A stretch of DNA of 64,000 nucleotides from an uncultured bacterium (lineage in GTDB: Bacteria > Chloroflexota > Dormibacteria > Aeolococcales > Aeolococcaceae), in NCBI GenBank assembly GCA_963716555.1, contig CAVQTJ010000002.1, positions 241,311 through 305,310 on the forward strand, written 5' to 3'. The notes under the pieces were generated by a model. That model did no database searches and was not told where the DNA came from. It saw only the letters and a list, made by a program, of their open reading frames with translations. Position numbers and translations under genes: made by a program. Of this stretch, positions 49,958 through 59,008 are shown in pieces (positions within the stretch are counted from its first letter, which is position 1; every line of letters starts with the position of its first letter).

Positions 49958-50125
49958 TGGGCTTGGCTCCTTGTTCGCCCGGGTGGCCCCCCAAGTTTAG
50001 GGGGCCGCGGAGCCGCATTTGAGGTTAGTACAAAGGGGCGGCCCTGATTACGCTACGTTGGGGAGCTTGAGCAACAACCGTGCTCGGCTGAAGGAGTTGA
50101 CTGTTTGCAAAGGGGGATCTGTCCA

Positions 50126-50389
50126 ATGGAAGAGCGTCTCAACAGGGCCATGTGGGACGGCCGCCGCAAGAGGGGGCAGAGAGGATTCACCCTCATCGAG
50201 CTCCTTGTGGTCATCGCCGTTCTGGGGGTCCTGGCAGCTATCGTCATCTTCAACGTCACGGGCGTCAAGAACAAGGGCAGCAATGCATCGTGCGCGACCG
50301 ACACGGCGAGCATGCAGACTGCCGTGGACGCGGCCCTGAACGATGGCGTCACGTTCGCCGCAGGAGCTATCACGGGCCGGCACCACTGA
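50126..50389 (+). CDS. pilA: Major type IV pilin (3' end uncertain)
   Basis: AAGGGGGA Shine-Dalgarno sequence. GQRG|FTLIELLVVIAVLGVLAAIVIFNV. The ORF stops after 87 aa, but pilin-like sequence may continue to about 50520 in other frames. Confidence 0.7.
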   Translation: MEERLNRAMWDGRRKRGQRGFTLIELLVVIAVLGVLAAIVIFNVTGVKNKGSNASCATDTASMQTAVDAALNDGVTFAAGAITGRHH

Positions 50390-50547
50390 AGGCAAGGCGA
50401 TCGTGCCTCGTACTGCACAGCTTCCCGACGTCCTGCAGGCGCAGGCTTCAGCCTGGTCGCAATAGGGACCGGCGGCGGCTTCAACGTCGTCGGCGCGGCA
50501 CAGGGACGACCTACACAGGCTAGCCACTTTTCGGCTAGGCGCTTGAC

Positions 50548-50590
50548 GGGCGGAGGGCATGCAGTCCTCCGCCCGCTCTTCTTTCGCTCA
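50548..50590 (+). terminator. Rho-independent-type terminator after the pilin gene
   Basis: GGGCGGAGG-gcatgcagt-CCTCCGCCC followed by gctcttctttcgctc. A weaker hairpin (CTAGCC..GGCTAG) lies at 50520-50538. Confidence 0.65.
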
Positions 50591-50787
50591 ACTGAAATGC
50601 AGAAGCCACTCGTCGCAACCCGGTAGTCGCGAGATTCCGCGCCTCATCTCAACACGTCCGACCCGTCGTAGGGCCACGCGATGGGAAAGCCATTGAAGAG
50701 AAGCGCACGGGTGGAGCGTCGCGCCAGGGAGCGGTTCGTGCCTCGCGACCGGCGACACGGAGCCAGTGCACCGGATTTTCCTCGTGG

Positions 50788-51866
50788 GTGCGCTTGTCGC
50801 TGGGCTTTGCGGCCGTTGCCGCCCTCGTGACCTTCTTCGTTTACCCCGGTGCATCTGACCTGGACCTCTTCCGATGGCCGATGGCGCAGCTGGCACTGTC
50901 GGGCCACCCGTTACTCATCTACTCCGTCAATGCCGGCAACTGGCGCAGTGACAACGGACCGCTGAGCCTGGTGCCTCTGAACGGCAGTGGTTGCGCTGGT
51001 CAACGCCATCAAGGCGCAAGACGACCTCGGTTTGCGAGCTGAGATAGCCGTCGCCGGCTTCAGCGTCTTCACGCTTCTCATGGCTCGGGAGGGCGGTCTG
51101 GCAATCCGAGCCGCGAGCGGGCGTTTCAGACGTCCCTGGTTGGCGCGGGGTGCCCTTCTAATGTCGCCCCCCCTCTGGATTGGACTGGCACACTACGGTC
51201 ACCTCGAGCTGGCTATGGCGCTATGGTTCGTTCTCCTTGCCATGCGCCTGCTGCTCCGTGGCAGGCCCGGCTGGGCTGGCTTGTGCCTCGGCCTGGCCGT
51301 GCTTGACGCACACCACCACCGCGTTGGTGGCCGATACCCATGGTGCTCATGCCCCTGATGAGCCGGCGCACGCGAACTGCGATGGCGCTCGCAGGAGTCG
51401 CCGCCGCAACGGTCACCGCCGGACTGCTCCCCTTCGTGCTGGCCGATGCTCGAGATGTCATCCAGTCATTCATCACGTATCGCGCTGGCAAGGCCGACCC
51501 TCGGCGGATCCTTCTGGCTGCCCATCCTGGGTGCCGGCCGGAGACGGGTTCGTGCAGCACTGGGACTCCGTGCTTCTGGGCGGTGCCGCCGTCGCCATCG
51601 TCGGAGCCGCCCTCAGGTTTCGGCCCGCCGGCGCCATGGCGCTGTCACACGCGTACGGCCTGCTCGCGGTCGCGACCGCCTGCCTCCCGCTGTTAGCCAA
51701 ATCGGTGTGGCCGTACTATCTCGTCGATCCCTGCGTCTTCGCCACCATCTGGTGGCTCGGCCACCCGCAGCGTGCGCTGAACTGGCGGCTGGTGCCGCCC
51801 GCACTCCTGGCTGCGGCCGCCGTGCTTCGGCGCTGCGGCCCCCTGCCTCGCGACCTCCGATTGTGA
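50788..51866 (+). pseudogene. Polytopic membrane protein, GT-C-like (DUF2029/GT87-like?), multiple frameshifts
   Basis: Hydrophobic segments continue across at least 4 frame changes (near 50985, 51310, 51500 and 51545). Family assignment is weak. Confidence 0.4.
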
Positions 51867-52260
51867 CCACCCCGATCATCGTCGTCAGCCTGTTCTGCTC
51901 CGCGGCGGTGATCTCGTCGATGGCCCTGATCCTTGTGGATTGGTTTCTCGCCGGGAAGGAGCCGCGTGGGACTTCTGACGCTACCCCGCGCGTCGCCCCG
52001 GGCGTTCTGTTGCGCGACCTCCCTCTGTCTGAGGAGCGGGCGCTCATCTGAGATCTACATATACGGGCCTGACGGTCCGGCGTCTAAGTGCGGGAACCTC
52101 GCTACCGCCGTTGAGCCACTGTCGGCGGCAACACGCGGCTTGCGGGTCCGACACGGTCGGGCGCCGGATCTCCCTGGGATAAAGGGACATGGCCGTCCCC
52201 CTAGTCCCCCAGGCCCACGGCAGTGCAGAGGTCGTTGTGAGCAAAGGGTCTCCGAGGCTA

Positions 52261-53760
52261 ATGGAGGGAGGTAGTCACGCCGATACTGATTACCTCGGGC
52301 AGGCCCCCGCACGGCTCAGCTTGAGCTGGGCGGGTGTTCTCGAACAGCGCGGCGTCATGGTGGCCGCGGTGGCGATAGTCCTGGCAGTGACACTGCTTAC
52401 CCGGCTCCCGTACGTCGGCGGCGCACAGATGAACTGGGACGAAGGGGTGTACTGGCTATCACTGCGGAGCATGGAGTTCTGGGCGCCAGCTATTCACGCA
52501 AGTCTACAGCACGCAGCCACCTGCCTTCCTGACCCTAGTCCAACCCTTCTGGGCACTACTCGGCGGATCCATAAGCGCGGCCCGGATCGTGATGGTCGCC
52601 TGGGGCTTGCTGGGCATCGCCGCCGGAGCTTTGCTGAGCTGGCGGCTTTCCGGCCCCGTCGCCGCGCTCGCCACCGCGGGCATCCTGGCGGTCGATCCCC
52701 AGATGATCCTCCAATCGATCGTCCTTCAGGCTGACGGCCCGGCGACCTCCCTCGCCCTCCTTGCGGTGGCTGCTGCAGCTTTCGCCATCACTAGCCCGGA
52801 TCCGCGAGTCCGGACGACCGCCGCCGGCGTCAGCGGCGCATTGCTCGCCCTCGGACTGCTCACCAAGCTGCTTGACGCTGCGGCGGTCCCCGCGCTCGTG
52901 GCTGTGCTGATAGGCGGCCGCGATCAGCGTCGGCTCCTCCTCTCGGCTCTGGCGGGCGGCACCATTGTCGTGCTTTGCTTGCTCGTCCCATGGATGGGAT
53001 CACTCTCCATGCTGGCGCATCAGGTCATCGGTTCCCAACTCGGTGTGGGCTGGCTTGGCCGGCCCCCGGGGACGTTCGTACTCGCGACCTTGCAAACCGA
53101 GTGGCAACCGCTCGCCCTGGCAGCGGTGGGCGCGGTGATCGCGAGACGCTCGCATCCACGGCTCGTTGCCGTTGGAGTCGTGTGGTTGATCGGCGGGGTT
53201 GTGGCCCTGGCCGCGGCACAGAGCGGCTTTGCCCACCTGACTGTCGCACTCTCGCCGGGCATCGCGCTTCTCGGAGCCGCGGGGATCAGCCGGCTTTGTA
53301 CCATCCTGTCCGGCGCGAGGCGGGCCCCTGGTTGGCTCAAGGTGACGCTCTTGGCGACAGCGATCGCAGCGGGGGCAAGCCTTCTCGGCAATACCCTGGC
53401 ATCCCTCCCTCGTACGTTCACTCCGTCCGAGGTCCAGATCGAGCAGTCTCTCGAAAGACTCGTTCCCCCATCGGCCACCGTATACGGCGATGGTCAATTC
53501 GACCAAGCGGCCGCCGATCGCTTGCCGCCCGACCTCCTGCAAGACACCTCGAAAGCCGTCCTCCGTGACACGCCGATAACCACCGCGTTCCTCGAGACCC
53601 GGCTGGGTTCGAGCAGCGGCGTGTGTGCCGTGCTTTTCGGTCCCATGTCTCAGCTAGCCGAGATCCCCGGCTTCAATGCCGGGTGGCCAAGCACTCCCGG
53701 TCCAATATTGTCTCGGAGGCGGAGTTACGCTCTATCGACAGCAGCGCTGCGTGTCGGGTC
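52261..53760 (+). pseudogene. GT-C glycosyltransferase, GT39/ArnT-like, at least 2 frameshifts
   Basis: LLTRLPYVGGAQMNWDEGVYW (DE loop-1 motif), about 11 further TMS and a C-terminal soluble domain. One frame change near 52475 and another near 53690. Start and end are approximate. Confidence 0.5.
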
Positions 53761-53918
53761 GCTGAACCAGTACAAGCGTTCGTCAACTCAACTTTCGCCC
53801 CGCCTTGTGCGGATTTGGGCAGGCAGTCCTTGCCGGCGAAAGACTTCGTGCGTCGCGCAGCGAGCACTTCCTGACGGCCGCAGCCCTAGGCCGCGCTTGC
53901 CCGCACAGCCAGCCAGGC

Positions 53919-55039
53919 CTACCGCCGCTGCGCCATCGCCGCCGGGGGCATAACCGGCGGCGGCTCCGACACGATCGGCCGCGGGACCTCCTTCGGGTAC
54001 AGCGACATCGCCACCGCGTCCTCCCAGTCCACCAGGTCCTCGGCGACCAGCTCGTTGAGGTCCATCTCCAGGGTCTGCATCCCCTCGCCCCGGCTGGTGA
54101 CGATGACGTTGCGCAGCTGGGCCGGTCTTGTTCTCGCGGATCAGGTTGCGTGACCGCATGGGTGGCGAGCAGCACCTCGAAGGCGGCCACCCGGCCGCCC
54201 GCCCACCTGGGCAGCAGCTGCTGGTAGATCACCGCCTGGAGGCAGGCCGCGAGCTGGATCCGGATCTGCTGCTGCTGCTCGGCCGGGAAGACGTCGACGA
54301 TGCGGTTGATCGCCTGGGTGGTGTCGTTGGTGTGGATGGTGGCCAGCACCAGGTGGCCGGTCTCGGCGATGGTGAGGGCGATCCGGATCGACTCCAGGTC
54401 GCGCATCTCACCGATCAGCAGCACGTTGGGGTCCTCGCGCAGCACGTAGCGGAGCGCGTCCTGGAAGCTGGGCGTGTCCACACCGACCTCGCGCTGCTCG
54501 ACCACGCACCGTCGGTTGTAGTGCACGTACTCGATCGGGTCCTCGATGGTGATGATGTGCTGGGCCCGGGATCGGTTGATCCAGTCGATCATCGAGGCCT
54601 GGGTGGTCGACTTCCCCGAGCCCACGGTGGGCCCGGTCGACAGGATCAGCCCGCGGGGCAGCTCCACCAGCCGCTCGATGATCTCGGGCAGGCGCAGCTC
54701 GCTGAAGCTGGGGATCTGGCTGGCGATGGCGCGCAGGGCCAGGGCGACGCTGCCCCGCTGTTTGAAGGCGTTGCCTCGGAGCCGGCCGCGGTCGGTCCAC
54801 TGGAAGGAGAAGTCGACCGACCCGTTGCGCTCGAGGGTGGCCCGGTGGTCCGGGCTCAGCAGCTGCTCGGCCAGCTTGCGGGTCTGGTCGGGGTTCAGGG
54901 CCCGGGACGCGGCCGCCACCAGCTGGCCGTCGATGCGCAGCGAAGGAGGGGACCCGGCACTCAGGATGAGATCCGAGGCCCCCTGATCGAACAGCGCGTC
55001 GAGCAGCGGTTCGATGCGCAGGTCCATCGCTTCCAGCAT
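53919..55039 (-). pseudogene. pilT: Twitching-motility ATPase PilT, 2 frameshifts
   Basis: ASDLILSAGSPPSLRIDG, Walker A region GPTVGSGKSTT (one extra residue), IEDPIEY, LLIGEMRD, GHLVLATIHTND. The C-terminus AVRNLIRENKTGQLRNVI... is recovered only after 1-nt corrections near 54160 and 54122. Confidence 0.85.
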
Positions 55040-55165
55040 CAGTACCCGACAGTATAGGAAGTCACCACTTTTCCACAGCCCCCCTGTGGACTGTTGAAAT
55101 ATGGCCGTGACCAGGCTTCGACGCGTCGTCTTCACATCTCTACCCATGACTGTGATTGTGCCGTC

Positions 55166-55474
55166 ATGAGCCTCGGGTTCGTTGTGGTCGTCTGCGCGGC
55201 CGCCGCTCTCGCCGGAGCCTCGTTCGGATCCTTCGCAGGGGTGGTGCGATCGAGGGGATGGCGGGGTGCCCTGAAGGGCCGGTCGCGCTGCGACCGCTGC
55301 GGGCGGGAGCTTCACTGGTACGAGCTGGTCCCCCTGGCCAGCTATCCCCTCCAGCGAGGGCGCTGCCGCTCCTGCCACGCCGCCATCGGCAGCGAGGCCC
55401 TGATCGTGGAGATGCTGGGCGCGGCGGCCGGTGCGGCGGCCGCGCTGATCGTCCTGGCGGCGCTGCGGCTCTGA
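55166..55474 (+). CDS. Stand-alone prepilin peptidase N-terminal (CxxC...CxxC) domain, with no A24 peptidase domain
   Basis: 102 aa: TM, then RCDRCGRELHWYELVPLASYPLQRGRCRSCHAAI, one more TM, then stop. It is followed directly by a 13-bp hairpin. Confidence 0.65.
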   Translation: MSLGFVVVVCAAAALAGASFGSFAGVVRSRGWRGALKGRSRCDRCGRELHWYELVPLASYPLQRGRCRSCHAAIGSEALIVEMLGAAAGAAAALIVLAALRL

Positions 55475-55501
55475 TCTCGGCACTTGGGCTCTCCGGGCGA
55501 G

Positions 55502-55532
55502 CCCGGGGGTGGCGTGCGACGCCACCCCCGGG
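55502..55532. terminator. Perfect 13-bp hairpin between convergent genes
   Basis: CCCGGGGGTGGCG-tgcga-CGCCACCCCCGGG. Confidence 0.6.
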
Positions 55533-55539
55533 GGAGCCG

Positions 55540-57187
55540 CTATCGGGAGCTGGCCAGCGCGGCCACGAAGAGGGTCGCCTCGGGGGAGCCCCAGCCGGTG
55601 GTGGCGTCCCACCCGCTGGTCGTCGGGTACCCGGCGACGGGGTTCTCCCAGAGCTGGTTGTCCACCAGGTCGCCCACCGACTTGGTCACGGTCCCCACCC
55701 CGACGTCGGTGCCCTGGAAGGTCGCGGGGGCCGTCCCCTCGATCACCGGGGTGATGTCCCGGTAGTCGGCGGCGCCGATCCCGCCGTAGAGCAGGGGGTC
55801 GAGGAACCCGAGCGGTGCCTTGCCGTCGGCCGCGCGGGCGGTGTTGGCCAGGGCCACCAGGGCGGTGGTCTGGGGGGTGGCCGCCGAGGTCCCGCCGTAG
55901 ACCTGCCAGCAGGCGGGCGGGGTGCTGCCGTCGGGCAGCGCCGGGCAGTTGTAGCCGGGGTAGGCGGAGATGTAGACCAGCACCCCGCCGTTGACCGCGG
56001 CGTTCCACGAGGTGTCCGGGATCAGCCGGGCGTTGCCCAGCGAGGTGTCGATGCCGCTCTGCCAGCTCGGTCGCGGGTAGATGACGCTGGCGCCGCCGTT
56101 GCCGGCGATCGGCGCCCAGGACTCGTTCCACACCGCCTCGGTGTTACCGGTCGTGGTCGAGCTCCAGTAGTCGGGGTTGTAGGCGCCGGAGTCGGTGAAG
56201 GCGGTGTCACTGCTCGGGTCCCAGGTCCAGCCGTACTGGAGCTGGGTGCCGCCGACCGCCACCACGTAGGGCGAGGTGGCCGGCCAGCCGACCGTCGGGT
56301 ACGGGTAGTTGGTGGTGTCCTTCTTCTGCTTGGCGGCGTTGTAGGTCCCGTAGTCGCCGGTGGCGTTGAAGAAGTTGTCGTCCTTGGCCAGGCCCTGCTG
56401 GAAGACCTGGTCAAACTTGGCGGTCTGGGTGGCCGCGGCGCCCTCGAAGGTCTGCTCGGTGACCCCGAAGGACATCGAGAAGAGCGTCCCCGGCGGGTCC
56501 TGCTGGATCTGCGCGGAGATCGCCTTGAACATGTTGGGAAGCCCCTGCACCCCCTCGGTCTCGGCCGGGGGCACCCCGATCAGGATGAGGTGGGCGAGCG
56601 GGGCGATCGAATAGGCCCACTCGATGTCCAGGGTGGCCTCGCCCGACCAGCCCGCGGCTGCGGCGCAGCCCGACTGGCCATTGCCCTGGGTGTTCTTGCA
56701 CTGGGGATTGCCCTCGGGGTAGACCTCGGTGAAGTTGGGCGCCGGCAGGCTGGGGAAGAAGGTGGTGTGGAAGTAGTCGAGGTCGGAGGCGGCGGTCGGG
56801 CTGCCGTAGGAGTCGACCAGCACGATGGTCTGACCCTGCCCGTAGTTGGTGGTGTAGCCATCCTCCGGCGCTGGGCAGCGCCGCCACCCCGTCCACGCCG
56901 TAGGCGCTGCGGATGTCCTGCGGGGCGTAGCAGTGGAACACCTCGAAGTGGTAGACCGGCGACGGGGTCACGCAGGCCTCCTGACCCGCGGTCCCAGACC
57001 CCCAGCCGTCCTGGCCGGCCACCGAGGGCGCGGCCTGGAGCAGGGGCACGATTCCCCCGGCGGCGCCGGCCGGCGCCACCGTGACAGCCGGGAGCGCCGC
57101 GGCGGCCAGCCCCACCGATATCACCGGGGCCAGCGCCAACGCCGCCAGCCTGGTCCTGAATCGGCCCACCGGGTTGTGCAGGCTCAT
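55540..57187 (-). pseudogene. Secreted S53 (sedolisin-like) peptidase, paralog 2, frameshifted near 56880
   Basis: The signal peptide and pro-region (to ...IRSAYGVDGV) are in one frame. The catalytic domain (IVLVDSYGSP, ATLDIEWAYSIAP, GGTSAATP) is in another. The ATG overlaps the upstream gene stop (ATGA). Confidence 0.75.
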
Positions 57188-58074
57188 CTCGTCTCCCTCC
57201 TGGGTCCCCGATCTCGAATTCCCTGTTGTAGCGCCGGCTCGTGACGTTTGGCAAGTCCCAGAGGATCCGGGCGATCGGCCGGGTGGCCGTTGCTGACCCG
57301 GGCGGCGACCCGCCCGAACAGCTCCATCGCCGCCTCGGCCGGCTGGGCCGGAGCGGTGGCCACCCGCCGGGCGGTCGCCGCCCCGCTGGCGTTGATCCGT
57401 CGGACCAGCTGCACGGTGATGACCTGAGAGCGGTGCCGCCCCCCGGTGCACCCGACCGCGACCCGAACCACGGTCCTGCGCTGGCGCACGTACTCGGGCA
57501 GGAGCGCGATCAGCATCTCGGTGAAGTGGTCGAGCAGGACCCGCGCGGCGGGCTGCGAGGTCACGTAGCGCTGAGCGGCCTCGTCCTCGGGATCGAGATC
57601 TCGAAGCTCGGTGACCCAATGCGGGCTGTCCAGGAAACGGGCGTCGATCACCCAGTCGGCGTCGGCCGGCACTCCTTCCCGGAAGCTGAAATGGAAGCAG
57701 TCGACCCGTGGAAGGGTCCGCTCCCGCCAGTCGTCGAGCAGCTGCTCCAGGCGACGGCCATCCTCACCGATCGCGGAGCGGAGAGTCCGGTGCGGCCGGC
57801 GCGGGAGTGCCGTCTGCCAGGCGGAGGAAAGCTCGCCCACCGCCAGCAACCAGTACCGCACCGCCTGCGCATCCAGCTCCACGACCGCACGGAGATCGGA
57901 GGCGGTCGAGGCGAGCAGCACCAGATCCGGATGGGCCGCGAGCTCGGCGCGGACGTGGTCGTCGATGCGGCCCGGCGAGGCCCGGGGATTGAGGACCGTG
58001 TACCCATTGGCCCGGGCCAGCTCGCCGAGCTCCCAGCGGCTGTTGAGACTGCAGAGAATGGTCACAAACGACAT
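57184..58074 (-). CDS. RapZ/YvcJ-family protein with a degenerate Walker A
   Basis: C-terminal domain matches RapZ (FSFREGVPADADWVIDARFLDSPHW...VAVGCTGGRHRSQ). The N-terminus reads ILCSLNSRWE where GxSGSGKS is expected. Confidence 0.75.
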   Translation of the reverse strand: MSFVTILCSLNSRWELGELARANGYTVLNPRASPGRIDDHVRAELAAHPDLVLLASTASDLRAVVELDAQAVRYWLLAVGELSSAWQTALPRRPHRTLRSAIGEDGRRLEQLLDDWRERTLPRVDCFHFSFREGVPADADWVIDARFLDSPHWVTELRDLDPEDEAAQRYVTSQPAARVLLDHFTEMLIALLPEYVRQRRTVVRVAVGCTGGRHRSQVITVQLVRRINASGAATARRVATAPAQPAEAAMELFGRVAARVSNGHPADRPDPLGLAKRHEPALQQGIRDRGPRRETR

Positions 58075-58099
58075 CGCCGCTCTCCAATCTTCATCACGC

Positions 58100-59008
58100 T
58101 CACCCCTTGGCAGCCTCCATCTTCAGCAGGCTGGCTCCCAGCGCCGGATCCGCCGGCCCGCATCCCGGGCACGAGGATCCGGGGTCCGGGACGTTCAGCC
58201 AGTAGCCACTCACCATCGACCGGGTCGCGGCCACGTCCGCGGCCAGCTCGGAGATGTCGACCGGTCCGCCCGGCGGATTGGTGCTGAGCCCGGCGAGCAC
58301 GGTCGCCGAGGGATCGGCGGCGATCACCTGCTGGCTCGCGCTGCTCACAAAGCTGGCGTACTGGGTGGGGTCGCGCTCGGTGGACTGCGATTGCAGCTCC
58401 ACGTACCCGCTTGCTCCCCCGAGCGCCCGGGCCGCTCCGGCGGCGATCCCCAGGGAGAGAAAAGCATCCGCCTGACTGCCGCCGCTCGGGCCCCTGGCCT
58501 GGACCAGGTCCATCCCCGGGGCCAGGATCGGCTCCAGCCCCGCCGACCGGGCCTGGTTGACGAACTCGGACTCGTAGTGGGAGGGGTCCATCTGCTCGTC
58601 CTGGGGAGTGAAGCTCCAATGCTCGAGATCCAGCAGCACACCACCCACCGAGGGGCCGAGTGGTCCCGCCTGGAGGGCGGCGGCGAAGTCCGAATAGCTG
58701 CGGAAGGACAGGACCCCCGAGGCCCCGGAGGTCGGCGGCTTCTGTCCCCCCGCGGAGAGCAGCTCCAGGATCCGATCTCCTCCCAACCACGTGGACACCG
58801 GCCCGTACTGCGAGATCTCCTGCAGCGCCTGAGCGGTCATCAACCAGACCCGGGGCTGCTGGTTGGGGCTGGCACTCGAGGGCGGCGACCGGGTCGGGAG
58901 GGTGCTCGACGAGGGCGTCAACGATGACGTGCGGGAGGTCGCGGAGCCGCAGGCGGTGATCGCGACGGCCAGGGTGACGAGGGCTGCCCAACATTTACCC
59001 CACCGCAT
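58100..59008 (-). CDS. Conserved lipoprotein (paralog of 61034-61852), function unknown
   Basis: Lipobox LAVAITAC. Motifs shared with the paralog: DLEHW.FTPQ, ELQSQ..ERDP..YA.FV, LAGLSTNPPG.PV, GYWLNVP.PG..CP.C. Confidence 0.6.
   Translation of the reverse strand: MRWGKCWAALVTLAVAITACGSATSRTSSLTPSSSTLPTRSPPSSASPNQQPRVWLMTAQALQEISQYGPVSTWLGGDRILELLSAGGQKPPTSGASGVLSFRSYSDFAAALQAGPLGPSVGGVLLDLEHWSFTPQDEQMDPSHYESEFVNQARSAGLEPILAPGMDLVQARGPSGGSQADAFLSLGIAAGAARALGGASGYVELQSQSTERDPTQYASFVSSASQQVIAADPSATVLAGLSTNPPGGPVDISELAADVAATRSMVSGYWLNVPDPGSSCPGCGPADPALGASLLKMEAAKG

Noticed and set aside
53783-56131. 782-aa minus-strand ORF
   Set aside because: It is a chimera. Only the central part is real PilT. 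The 5' part is an out-of-frame read-through of the S53 peptidase and pilD-N region, and the 3' part is the wrong frame after the pilT frameshift.
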